From Bacteroidales bacterium (GTDB taxonomy: Bacteria; Bacteroidota; Bacteroidia; Bacteroidales; UBA10428), in contig JAFGSZ010000017.1 of assembly GCA_016934395.1 (NCBI GenBank), positions 54,345 to 118,344 of the forward strand: a stretch of DNA of 64,000 nt, read 5' to 3'. The notes below the pieces were generated by a model. That model saw only the letters and a program-made list of their open reading frames with translations. It had not been told where the DNA came from and searched no databases. This document shows positions 11,057 through 20,097 of this stretch, in pieces. How positions within the stretch are numbered: position 1 is the first letter of the stretch; every line of letters starts with the position of its first letter. Position numbers and translations under genes: made by a program.

Positions 11057-12295
11057 TCAGGCTTGCAAGGTTTTCCACAACATAAAGAGAGCGGCTATGG
11101 CAGACTTTTCAATATTTCTGCCCCGGTGTTCTCCCATTTGGAATTTTTGAGCTATTGTGGCGCCGGGAGAGGCTACTGCAATCCAGACAGTACCCACAGG
11201 TTTTTCCTGAGTGCCCCCATCCGGCCCTGCAATTCCGGAGGTTGCAATTGCATAATCTGTAAGTAACAGATGTTTCACACCTTCTGCCATTTCGATAACT
11301 ACTTCTTTGCTAACTGCACCGAATTTTTCCAAATGCTGTTGATTAACATTCAGAACGCTTGTTTTAACATCATTGGAATAAGCAACTACAGAACCTTTAA
11401 AATACCTTGATGCTCCGGGAACAGCAGTGATTAATTCTGCAATTCTACCCCCTGTACAACTTTCGGCAGTAGCACAGGTAGTTTTATTTTTTTGAAGCAA
11501 CCCTCCTATCAGTTGTTCAAGCCGGTCATTATCGTATCCGAAAATATTATCAGGAATAATCTTTTGCAATCCCATTAAAGTTTTATTTACCAAATTCGAT
11601 AGAAATTGTAAGTTATTTCCATACGCGCTCAACCGTAGCTTTAAAATTCCCGGTGATGGTAAATAGGCCAGCTTAATATCTTCAGGCAATTGATTTTCCC
11701 AGTTTTTTATTTTTTCAGCCATCACCGATTCGGGTAATCCATAAGTTAGAACGGTTTTGTGAAGAATTACCGGGAGATTGTGTTCTTTTATAAGTGTTGG
11801 AATAATATAGTTAGTCATCATTTCCCGCATCTCGTATTGAACTCCGGGCATAGAAACAAGAATTTTATTATTTTTCTCGAACCACATCCCGGCGGCGGTA
11901 CCATATATATTGTTAATGATCCTGCAATTATCCGGAAGATCGGCCTGTTGTATATTTCTTTCAATAATTTGCACCCCTCTCCTGCCCAGCAAATCTTCAA
12001 TATGGGCCAGCACCTCAGGATTTCTTACAAGTTTTGAATTAAAATATTCTGCCAGGGTGTGTTTGGTGATATCATCGTTTGTTGGCCCCAGGCCGCCGGT
12101 GATTAATACCAGGTCGCAGTCAGTAAAGGCATTATTTATAGCATGGATTATGTCTTCTTTATTATCTGAAATAGAAAAAATTCTTTTTACTTTAATTCCT
12201 GCTTCATTTAATTGATTTGCTATAAAGGCTGAATTGGAATCCACAATTTGCCCGATTAAAATTTCGTCGCCAATAGTAATAATTTCTGCATTCAT
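11057..12295 (-). CDS. cinA: CinA family competence/damage-inducible protein (MoCF-binding domain plus nicotinamide-nucleotide amidohydrolase PncC domain)
   Basis: Canonical start MNAEIITIGDEILIGQIVDSNS and a C-terminal CinA/PncC domain (ATAESCTGG). The alternative start at 12310 adds 5 aa. Confidence 0.88.
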   Translation of the reverse strand: MNAEIITIGDEILIGQIVDSNSAFIANQLNEAGIKVKRIFSISDNKEDIIHAINNAFTDCDLVLITGGLGPTNDDITKHTLAEYFNSKLVRNPEVLAHIEDLLGRRGVQIIERNIQQADLPDNCRIINNIYGTAAGMWFEKNNKILVSMPGVQYEMREMMTNYIIPTLIKEHNLPVILHKTVLTYGLPESVMAEKIKNWENQLPEDIKLAYLPSPGILKLRLSAYGNNLQFLSNLVNKTLMGLQKIIPDNIFGYDNDRLEQLIGGLLQKNKTTCATAESCTGGRIAELITAVPGASRYFKGSVVAYSNDVKTSVLNVNQQHLEKFGAVSKEVVIEMAEGVKHLLLTDYAIATSGIAGPDGGTQEKPVGTVWIAVASPGATIAQKFQMGEHRGRNIEKSAIAALFMLWKTLQA

Positions 12296-12572
12296 TGATA
12301 ATAATTTCATTTGGCTAAAGTTTAAATTAGGGTTGGTATGAGTATTTGTGACTTAGAGACTTCATGGCTATTAGTATTTTGCCATTAAGACACAAAAACA
12401 CGAAGAATTCACCAGGATTAAATCACGATTAAAACTTAAGCTTTTCATTTGTAATTATAAGAAAATCGTTTATTCAGTTAATCCGCAAAAGTAAAGAAAA
12501 AACAGGTATTCATACGGTTAATTATTTGAATCTGTTTTGAGGAAGTATAGAATACGAGCAGGTAAAAAATTG

Positions 12573-12645
12573 AGCGGCAAACGGGGCTCGAACCCGCGAC
12601 CTTAAGCTTGGGAAGCTTACGCTCTACCAACTGAGCTACTGCCGC
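12573..12645 (-). tRNA. tRNA-Gly (anticodon CCC)
   Basis: The reverse complement folds as a cloverleaf: acceptor GCGGCAG/TTGCCGC, D arm GCTC-AGTTGGTA-GAGC, anticodon loop TTCCCAA, T arm GCGGG-TTCGAGC-CCCGT. Confidence 0.9.
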
Positions 12646-12783
12646 AAAATGTAGACAAATATACTTTATTTTTTAATTTCCGATTACTGCAAAAAATATT
12701 TCAATAAAAATATTTTTAAGAATAACATGTTTTACCTGAAATACAGAAAATACAGTTTATCGAAATTGAATATATAAAAAAAA

Positions 12784-12839
12784 CCTCTCACGGGACTTGA
12801 ACCTGCCTGTCGGCAGACAGGCCTGCGACCTGCTCATTA
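12784..12839 (-). pseudogene. Partial duplicate of the 3' half of tRNA-Thr, interrupted by a 20-nt hairpin insertion
   Basis: 12784-12803 (cctctcacgggacttgaacc) and 12825-12839 (gcgacctgctcatta) are identical to the corresponding parts of the intact tRNA-Thr at 12938-13010. The T-stem is split by tgcctgtcggcagacaggcc (7-bp stem gcctgtc/gacaggc). No 5' half is present. Confidence 0.8.
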
Positions 12840-12937
12840 TCCATATTATGCTAAACAACTATATTATTTGAACTGGCTTGCTGTGACAAGGCGCATCAAA
12901 GCCAAACAGGCTCATGTGCGTTATTTTAATTTATATG

Positions 12938-13010
12938 AGCCTCTCACGGGACTTGAACCCGCGACCTGCTCATTACGAATGAGCTGCTCTACCAACTGAG
13001 CTAAAGAGGC
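12938..13010 (-). tRNA. tRNA-Thr (anticodon CGT)
   Basis: The reverse complement folds as a cloverleaf: acceptor GCCTCTT/GAGAGGC, D arm GCTC-AGTTGGTA-GAGC, anticodon loop TTCGTAA, T arm GCGGG-TTCAAGT-CCCGT. Confidence 0.9.
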
Positions 13011-13041
13011 AAAATATTTTTTTCAAAGAACAAATGTAATA

Positions 13042-14274
13042 TTATTTCATTTTCAGCGCATGTATTCGCTGCAGCAAGGTAGGATGCGAATAGTGAAAAA
13101 ATACGTAAACCGGATGTGGTGTAAGGTTGCTCAGGTTTTTAACCGAAAGCTTTTTTAAGGCTGAAATTAATTGTTCCCCATCAAAGTGTTCTTTCGCAAA
13201 CCGATCGGCTTCATATTCATTTTTTCTGGAGAATATATTCATCAACAGACCGATTACCAGTGAGATTGGACTATAAAGAATACCAAAAGCAACCAGTCCA
13301 AGATGAAAACCCGGTTCGTTTGTTCCAAGGGCCCGGGATAATGCCGGGTTATCCACAAAAAGTGAGAAAATAAAAAGAGTAAGTCCTGTCTGAATTATAC
13401 CCAGAATCAGGTTAGATATATTATGCTTTTTCTTATAGTGACCAATTTCATGGGCAAGCACGGCTACTAACTCATCTGTAAACAAATCTTTAATAAGCGT
13501 ATCATATAATACTATCCTTTTTTTTGATCCTAATCCGGTAAAATAGGCATTCGATTTTGTAGATCTTTTTGAACCATCGATTACAAAAATATTATCGAGT
13601 TTAAAACCGGCGTTTGCGCTGAATTTTTCGATGGCATCCCTTAATTCACCGGGTTCGAGGGGTGTTTGTTTATTAAACAGCGGAACAATAAGATTGGAAT
13701 AAAACATATTCATAAAAATGGAAAAAACTGCCACTGCTATCCAGGCATAAATCCAGAATAAAGAAGTAGTCAACTGGTAAAACCAGATTATCAAAGCCAG
13801 CAGTCCACCACCAATAACTGCTCCCAGGAGCCAACCTTTAATCTTATCGAAAATAAAAGTTTTTACAGTGGTCTTGTTAAAACCAAATTTTTCTTCAATA
13901 ACAAATGTGTCATAAATGGAAAATGGAGTATTTATTACATCGGATGCCAACATGAGTATTCCAAAAAATACAAGCGCTATAAGTATGGTGTTGGAAACAA
14001 AATCTTTTGCCAGGCCGTCAACAACGCTAAATCCTCCCAAAAAGAACATTAGTAATATTAAAATTAAGTTAAAACTACTGGTGATAAGAGAAAACCTGTC
14101 GTTTACCTTTTTATAATCCTGGGATTTTTTATATTGTCCGGCATCATATATCCCTTCAAGTTCCTTTGGCAAAATGTTTGTCCATTTTTGGGCATTAAGC
14201 CAATCCAGAAATCTTTCAAGAATAAAATTGAAAATAAGTATCCCTACTATTATGTAAAAAACTATATTGTACAT
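13042..14274 (-). CDS. M48 family zinc metallopeptidase (Ste24/HtpX-like), multi-pass membrane protein
   Basis: HExxH motif LAHEIGHYKKKH and several hydrophobic TM segments. The internal ATG at 14274 (MYNIVFYIIVG) is preferred because the longer ORF to 14376 overlaps the upstream gene. Confidence 0.85.
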   Translation of the reverse strand: MYNIVFYIIVGILIFNFILERFLDWLNAQKWTNILPKELEGIYDAGQYKKSQDYKKVNDRFSLITSSFNLILILLMFFLGGFSVVDGLAKDFVSNTILIALVFFGILMLASDVINTPFSIYDTFVIEEKFGFNKTTVKTFIFDKIKGWLLGAVIGGGLLALIIWFYQLTTSLFWIYAWIAVAVFSIFMNMFYSNLIVPLFNKQTPLEPGELRDAIEKFSANAGFKLDNIFVIDGSKRSTKSNAYFTGLGSKKRIVLYDTLIKDLFTDELVAVLAHEIGHYKKKHNISNLILGIIQTGLTLFIFSLFVDNPALSRALGTNEPGFHLGLVAFGILYSPISLVIGLLMNIFSRKNEYEADRFAKEHFDGEQLISALKKLSVKNLSNLTPHPVYVFFHYSHPTLLQRIHALKMK

Positions 14275-14335
14275 CTGGTAAATTTTAAAAAAGCTGTGCA
14301 AAAATAGCAATAATAATGAATAATAAACAGTCCAA

Positions 14336-15364
14336 CTATTCACCCAATAGTTGCATTGTAACTTTGGCTTTCGCATTTATCCTGCTCTGAATCACATTTT
14401 TGTAAAACTCTGTAAGTTTATTGTATTTAATATTATTTGAAGTTGTAGTCCAATATAGGGCAGTTTCCAGATTATCCTGCAATTCATTTGCCAGGGCAAG
14501 GTTAAATGCAGCCTTAGCCGCAACATTCTTGTTTTCTTCATCTACCAGTCTTTGCCAGATTTCCATAGCGCCTGAGATATTATCTTCTTTCAATAATTTA
14601 TTTGCCTGGGAAAGGTTACGGTTGCCTGAAGCATAATAAAATCTCTGAATATCATCATACCACAATGGGACAATTCTTTTTGCATATTTTGATCCAATGT
14701 GATTAAAGGTTTCCATCAGCATATCATCAATATTGGGCATTTGATTTACGGCATTATTACAATCAACATCATAAGTAACCCAGTTCAACGAATCATGGAT
14801 ATAAAAATTATCAACATACTCAAGCGGTTGTGAATTGTAAATTATCCAGTGCGCTTTATAATATATAGTATAACTTACTTCGCAGTTTTGGTAATAATCG
14901 GTATTGATATCTAAGGAATCGGCCAGTTCAAAAAATTCGAAAGAGATTAATGCATCGGTGCTGTCATTTTTACACTTACGGATTAAATCTTTCCAGTTTA
15001 TAGGATTATCAGTAGTATATGGATCTTGCAGCTTCAGAAATTCCCCGGCAAGGTGCAGATGCTGAAATCTTGGGGATTGTTCCAGTAGATCAATAAGCGC
15101 AAAGAGACTTTCAGAAGAAAAGGAAAAATAATTCTTATCCGGATTAAAACGCAGGTTATTTAACATACTAAGTTTGCCGTTTTCAAATTCTGTGGGAATC
15201 CTGGAAACTATACTTACTTTATTTATTTCCGGAGGAATATTGATTTCAGCAGGATTCAGTATACTAATGGTTATTTTTTTAACCGGTGAACACGCAAAAA
15301 AGGGCACAGCAATTAAAATGCAGAAAAAAAATCCTGTTCTAGACTGTTTAAAATACTTTATCAA
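14336..15364 (-). CDS. Lipoprotein of unknown function with a C-terminal TPR-like region
   Basis: 342 aa. Lipoprotein signal FFCILIAVPFFACSP. The C-terminus (AMEIWQRLVDEENKNVAAKAAFNLALANELQDNLETALYW) is TPR-like. Confidence 0.65.
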   Translation of the reverse strand: MIKYFKQSRTGFFFCILIAVPFFACSPVKKITISILNPAEINIPPEINKVSIVSRIPTEFENGKLSMLNNLRFNPDKNYFSFSSESLFALIDLLEQSPRFQHLHLAGEFLKLQDPYTTDNPINWKDLIRKCKNDSTDALISFEFFELADSLDINTDYYQNCEVSYTIYYKAHWIIYNSQPLEYVDNFYIHDSLNWVTYDVDCNNAVNQMPNIDDMLMETFNHIGSKYAKRIVPLWYDDIQRFYYASGNRNLSQANKLLKEDNISGAMEIWQRLVDEENKNVAAKAAFNLALANELQDNLETALYWTTTSNNIKYNKLTEFYKNVIQSRINAKAKVTMQLLGE

Positions 15365-15386
15365 TTACACCTTTTTTAAATTGAAG

Positions 15387-15418
15387 AAAAAACCAGATTA
15401 ATAATTTATTAATCTGGC
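15387..15418 (-). terminator. Rho-independent terminator after fabG
   Basis: 10-bp stem ccagattaat/attaatctgg (15393-15402/15408-15417). On the minus strand it is followed by T6 (complement of the A-run 15387-15392). Confidence 0.65.
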
Positions 15419-15440
15419 TCTAAATTTATTAAAAAATTAC

Positions 15441-16187
15441 TTAGGTTTTCATTGCACCACAAATGTTGATCACCTGGCCACTAACATAACTAGACAGATC
15501 AGATGCCAGAAATACGATAACACTAGCTACTTCTTCGGGTGTACCTCCGCGTTTTAACGGAATTTGTTCTTCCCATTTTTTACGCACATCTTCAGGCAGC
15601 TTATTGGTCATTTCCGTGATTATAAAGCCCGGAGCAACGGCATTGCACCTGATATTCCTGGAACCCAGTTCCTGAGCGATAGATTTTGTAAAACCAATAA
15701 TTCCGGCTTTGGAAGCAGCATAATTCGCCTGACCGGCATTTCCGCCAACACCTACCACAGAACTCAGGTTAATAATAGAACCTTTACGGTTTTTTAGCAT
15801 ATTAAGCTGCGTGGCTTTTGTATAATTAAATACAGATTTAAGATTTACTGATATTACTTTATCCCACTGATCTTCAGTCATTCTCATTAATAATGTATCC
15901 ATCGTAATTCCTGCATTATTCACAAGAATATCAATACTTCCAAAATCTTTAATAATTTCATTAACCACATGTTCTGTGTCGCTGAAATTGCTGGCATCCG
16001 AAGCATATCCTTTACCTTTTATACCTTTGCCGGTAATTTCTTTTTCAACAGCTTTCATATTATCATCATAATTCAGATCGGTAAACGCCACATTAGCTCC
16101 TTCTTCAGCAAACCGAAGCGCAATGGCTTTTCCAATTCCCCTGGCAGCCCCTGTAATTATTGCAGTTTTCCCTTTTAATAAGTCCAT
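15441..16187 (-). CDS. fabG: 3-oxoacyl-[acyl-carrier-protein] reductase FabG (SDR)
   Basis: 248 aa. TGAARGIGKAIA cofactor motif, NNAG, and catalytic YAASKAG. Confidence 0.85.
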   Translation of the reverse strand: MDLLKGKTAIITGAARGIGKAIALRFAEEGANVAFTDLNYDDNMKAVEKEITGKGIKGKGYASDASNFSDTEHVVNEIIKDFGSIDILVNNAGITMDTLLMRMTEDQWDKVISVNLKSVFNYTKATQLNMLKNRKGSIINLSSVVGVGGNAGQANYAASKAGIIGFTKSIAQELGSRNIRCNAVAPGFIITEMTNKLPEDVRKKWEEQIPLKRGGTPEEVASVIVFLASDLSSYVSGQVINICGAMKT

Positions 16188-16463
16188 AATTTAGAGTTTT
16201 TGAATTTTTCACAAAATAAACAAACTTCTTTTATTTTTTCAATTTTTAAAAAAAATCATTTACAGATTATTGTTCAATAATTAATTAATTCCAGACTTTT
16301 TAATATTATCTCAGTCTTTATGAAACCTGTAAATTCTTATTTCGTAAATAACAAGAAATCACCAAAAACCAATTCCCTATTAAATCTTGTTGCTGGATTA
16401 TATGCACTAATCATTTATTATCGTAGTGTTCTATAATAATTAATGTACTAATTAAAAAATACA

Positions 16464-17018
16464 ATGATGGGGAAGAAAGATGTTTTTATTAAAAATGGAT
16501 TGTTGATTACGCTAACTGTTGTACTATTCTTAAATAATATTTCGGCTATTGGGCAGCAAAGACAGGTAACTGCGCCTCGATACATTTCTTATGCAATGTA
16601 TAATTTTGCAAAATCTGTTAATTGGCCGGAACAGTATAAATCGGGGGATTTTATTCTGACAGTGGTGGGAGATAAAGATGTATATAACGAGTTGAACAAG
16701 CTGGTAACAAATCAAAAGATTGGATTGCAGAGTATTGTTATTAACTATTACAAAAACATTGATGAGCTTTCCGGATTTCAACACATACTGTTTTTAGCCA
16801 GCTGGCAAAGTGCTAATATCAATACTTTATTGGAAAAAGTTAGTGAATCAAGCACACTGATTGTCACTGAAAAAGAAGGTATGATCCATAAAGGATCCGT
16901 TATCAATTTTATTCCCAAGGATGGAAAGATGGCTTTTGAGTTGTCACAGGCAAATGCTGACAAGTCTAATCTTCAGGTAAGTTCATACCTTAAGAAAATG
17001 GCAATATTGGTGAATTAG
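16464..17018 (+). CDS. YfiR/DUF4154 family periplasmic protein (orphan; no YfiN/YfiB partner in the window)
   Basis: 184 aa. Signal peptide. The FAKSVNWPEQ and TVVGD segments are typical of DUF4154. Confidence 0.55.
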   Translation: MMGKKDVFIKNGLLITLTVVLFLNNISAIGQQRQVTAPRYISYAMYNFAKSVNWPEQYKSGDFILTVVGDKDVYNELNKLVTNQKIGLQSIVINYYKNIDELSGFQHILFLASWQSANINTLLEKVSESSTLIVTEKEGMIHKGSVINFIPKDGKMAFELSQANADKSNLQVSSYLKKMAILVN

Positions 17019-17070
17019 GTTTTAAAATTCACTTAAAAGTATTTTTAATATTTTATTGAGGTCAGAAGGA

Positions 17071-17095
17071 TGCCGGGGTTATTTCCCGGCTTTTT
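17071..17095 (+). terminator. Rho-independent terminator after the YfiR-like gene
   Basis: Stem gccggg/cccggc (17071-17076/17084-17089) followed by T6 (17090-17095). Its right arm overlaps the 3' end of sucD on the opposite strand. Confidence 0.55.
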
Positions 17096-17963
17096 TAATG
17101 GCATCAACCATGGTTTTGCCAATATCTGCAGGTGAATTTACAACATGAATCCCGCATTCTTCCATAATCTTCATCTTAGCAGCTGCGGTATCGGCTTTTC
17201 CACCTATAATAGCGCCGGCATGTCCCATTCTTCTGCCTTTTGGCGCTGTTTGACCGGCTATAAATCCTACCACCGGCTTTGTACCGTGTTCTTTTATCCA
17301 GTATGCGGCATCAGCCTCCATGCTTCCACCAATTTCTCCGATCATAATAATTCCTTCCGTTTCAGCATCTTTCATAAACAATTTTATAGCATCAAGAGTG
17401 GTGGTGCCTATTATCGGATCGCCTCCAATACCGATACAGGTAGATTGTCCCAATCCGGCTTTTGTAATCTGGTCTACCGCTTCGTACGTTAATGTTCCTG
17501 AGCGCGATACAATACCAATTGTTCCTTTTTTATGAATAAATCCGGGCATAATTCCCACCTTTGCTTCTCCGGGAGTTATCACACCGGGGCAATTTGGTCC
17601 AATTAGAGTAACTCCCTTTTTTTCTGATAAATATTGTTTCACTTTAACCATATCCTGGGTGGGAATTCCTTCTGTAATGCAGACAATTACTTTTATGCCC
17701 GCGTCAGCTGCTTCCATAATGGCATCGGCAGCAAATGCCGGAGGAACAAAAATCACTGAAGTATCCGCCTGTACTTTAGTAACAGCTTCAAAAACCGTAT
17801 TAAACACAGGTCGGTTAAGATGGGTCTGTCCTCCTTTACCTGGAGTTACACCACCAACAACATTTGTTCCGTATTCTATCATCTGTCCGGCATGAAAGGT
17901 TCCTTCACTACCCGTAAATCCCTGAACAATAACTTTCGAATTTTTATTGACTAAGGTGCTCAT
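17079..17963 (-). CDS. sucD: Succinate--CoA ligase subunit alpha
   Basis: [14 protein letters not shown], the SRSGTLTYE segment, and the phosphohistidine-loop region GHAGAII. ATG at 17963 is preferred over the TTG at 17990. Confidence 0.93.
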   Translation of the reverse strand: MSTLVNKNSKVIVQGFTGSEGTFHAGQMIEYGTNVVGGVTPGKGGQTHLNRPVFNTVFEAVTKVQADTSVIFVPPAFAADAIMEAADAGIKVIVCITEGIPTQDMVKVKQYLSEKKGVTLIGPNCPGVITPGEAKVGIMPGFIHKKGTIGIVSRSGTLTYEAVDQITKAGLGQSTCIGIGGDPIIGTTTLDAIKLFMKDAETEGIIMIGEIGGSMEADAAYWIKEHGTKPVVGFIAGQTAPKGRRMGHAGAIIGGKADTAAAKMKIMEECGIHVVNSPADIGKTMVDAIKKAGK

Positions 17964-18160
17964 AAAGTTCTCTTTTTCTAAACTGCTCAAAAATAGAATT
18001 TTTTACGCAACAAAAAAAGGCAATAATGAACGGATACATATTGCTATGGTGTTCAAAACCGACAAGGATTTTTATATATTCTAATCACGTTGCAGTATTT
18101 GAATTTTTTATTTTACTAAATAGTAATCAGATTTCTTTAATTTTAGGGCAAATTAATTTT

Positions 18161-19567
18161 ATGTTTGATAATTCTACCATAGTTGCCATTTCTACTCCGC
18201 CCGGAATAGGCGCCATTGCAGTAATACGCATGTCAGGTGAAGATGCCGTAAACATTTGTGATACGGTTTTTAGCTCTAATTCAAATAAAACGCTGGGATT
18301 ACAGTCTGCGAATACACTTCACTATGGAAAAATCCGGGAGGGTGAGACCGTTATAGATGAAGTGGTAGTTGGTATTTTTAAAGCACCTCACTCCTACACC
18401 GGAGAAAATGTTGTAGAAATATCCTGTCACGGATCGTTGTATATTCAGAAAAAAATTCTTGAAGTTCTTGTTCAACAGGGAGCCCGTCTTGCCCATCCGG
18501 GAGAATTTACGCTTCGGGCATTTTTAAACGGTAAACTGGACTTGTCGCAGGCAGAAGGTGTGGCCGATTTAATTTCTTCATCTTCAAAAGCAGCACACAG
18601 GGTGGCTATAAACCAGATGCGTGGAGGAATATCCGAAGAAATAAAGGGACTGCGGGGTCAATTGCTAAATTTTATTTCTCTAATTGAATTGGAACTTGAC
18701 TTTAGTGAAGAAGATGTAGAATTTGCTAATCGCTCAGATCTTAGAATCCTGGTATCAAAAATTGGACGATTATTAAAAATACTTAAAGATTCCTTTTATC
18801 TTGGCAATGCTATAAAAAACGGCATTCCGGTTGCCATTGTGGGTAAAACCAATTCAGGAAAATCCACCCTGCTGAATTTATTGCTCAAGGAAGATAAGGC
18901 CATTGTTTCGGATATTGCCGGTACCACCCGGGATTTTATTGAAGATATTATATCAATTGATGGTATTCATTTCCGGTTTATTGATACCGCAGGAATCCGG
19001 CATACTACTGACAAGATTGAGCAGCTAGGCATTGAACGTACCTTTCAGAAGATAAGCCAGGCTGCCATTGTTTTGCTTCTGGTTGATCTGGATGATGAAC
19101 AGCAAACAATAGTCCAATCGGTTAAAAGCCTTAAAAAACAAATTGAACATTCAGAAACCCATCTTGTGGTAATTATTAATAAAATTGACCTGTATCCAGT
19201 TAACGAAGTTGATAAAATCATCAGATTGCTTGAGCCAATGGTAACGAACAGTAACAGAGTAGTGACTTTGTCTGCAAAATTTGGCAACAATCTCGAAGTG
19301 CTCGAAAAAACCCTAAAGGAGTTGATACATGCAGATCAGATCGAACAAAGTGATATCCTGATTACAAATACACGGCATTTTGAAGCCCTCACAAAATCGT
19401 ATGAAGCCATTCAACGGGTTGCAGCAGGCCTCGAAAGTAATATCCCCGAAGATCTTTTAGCACAAGATATCCGCGAGGTTTTGCATTATCTTGGTGAAAT
19501 TACCGGTGAAATAACAAATGACGAAATCCTAGGAAATATTTTTAGTAAGTTTTGTATTGGTAAGTGA
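18161..19567 (+). CDS. mnmE: tRNA modification GTPase MnmE (TrmE)
   Basis: Canonical start MFDNSTIVAISTPPG, G-domain GKTNSGKSTLLN and DTAGIR, and C-terminal FCIGK followed by TGA. The ORF-track start at 18026 adds a non-conserved hydrophobic extension. Confidence 0.92.
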   Translation: MFDNSTIVAISTPPGIGAIAVIRMSGEDAVNICDTVFSSNSNKTLGLQSANTLHYGKIREGETVIDEVVVGIFKAPHSYTGENVVEISCHGSLYIQKKILEVLVQQGARLAHPGEFTLRAFLNGKLDLSQAEGVADLISSSSKAAHRVAINQMRGGISEEIKGLRGQLLNFISLIELELDFSEEDVEFANRSDLRILVSKIGRLLKILKDSFYLGNAIKNGIPVAIVGKTNSGKSTLLNLLLKEDKAIVSDIAGTTRDFIEDIISIDGIHFRFIDTAGIRHTTDKIEQLGIERTFQKISQAAIVLLLVDLDDEQQTIVQSVKSLKKQIEHSETHLVVIINKIDLYPVNEVDKIIRLLEPMVTNSNRVVTLSAKFGNNLEVLEKTLKELIHADQIEQSDILITNTRHFEALTKSYEAIQRVAAGLESNIPEDLLAQDIREVLHYLGEITGEITNDEILGNIFSKFCIGK

Positions 19568-19576
19568 ATGAGCCAC

Positions 19577-19933
19577 GGCTTTTGCGAAGCATAGCTTAAG
19601 CGAAAGACGTATGGCGAATTCATCCCGCTAAGTACAGCGAAAGCGGGATCTGGGTTTGTATTTATTAAAAAATAATCTGATTTCTATAGAGTAATCAGCA
19701 AACCTATGTTTTCAGACGGCTTTTGCGAAGCATAGCTGAAGCGAAAGACATATGACGAATTCATCCCGCAGAGATCAACGAAAGCGGGATCTGGATTTGT
19801 ATTCATTAATAAATAATCTGATTTCTATAGAGTAATCAGCAAACCTATGTTTTCAGAAGGCTTTTGCGAAGCATAGCTTAAGCGAAAGATGTATGCCGAA
19901 TTCATCCTGGAAATGCTATGCTTGTCGGGATCT
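19577..19933. repeat. Tandem repeat, 141-bp unit, 2.5 copies (19577-19717, 19718-19858, 19859-19933)
   Basis: Units 1 and 2 align without gaps and with few substitutions. Each contains hairpin atcccgc-N14-gcgggat and hairpin ctgatt-N10-aatcag. The array lies in the convergent mnmE/purF intergenic region. Confidence 0.9.
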
Positions 19934-20042
19934 ATCAGTTCCCTGCAGGGTAAGGCAATACCTATCAGGAAATGAATGATGCCACTATACAAAAAAACAG
20001 CTTTGATTGTTGATATCCAGAAACCATTCATTCCATATCCTG

Positions 20043-20085
20043 AAAAAAACCTGAGGCAGATTTTCTCACACGATAATTTCTGCCT
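20043..20085 (-). terminator. Rho-independent terminator after purF
   Basis: Stem aggcaga/tctgcct (20054-20060/20079-20085). On the minus strand a T7 run follows (complement of the A-run 20043-20049). Confidence 0.55.
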
Positions 20086-20097
20086 TAAATTCCATGA

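Noticed and set aside
12573-13041. An intact genomic island or prophage at the tRNA-Gly/tRNA-Thr locus
   Set aside because: There is no integrase, excisionase or any ORF between the tRNA-Thr gene and its partial copy. Only 98 bp separate them.
14275-14376. Longer start for the M48 peptidase
   Set aside because: It would overlap the 3' end of the upstream lipoprotein gene by 41 nt. The internal ATG at 14274 leads directly into the first TM helix.
18026-18160. N-terminal 45-aa extension of mnmE suggested by the ORF track
   Set aside because: The extension is hydrophobic and not MnmE-like. The conserved MnmE N-terminus (MFDNSTIVAISTPPG) begins at the ATG at 18161.
19577-19933. Possible CRISPR array, considered because of its regular periodicity
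   Set aside because: The whole 141-bp unit is conserved between copies, so there are no unique spacers. The unit is far longer than a repeat plus spacer, and no cas genes are in the window.
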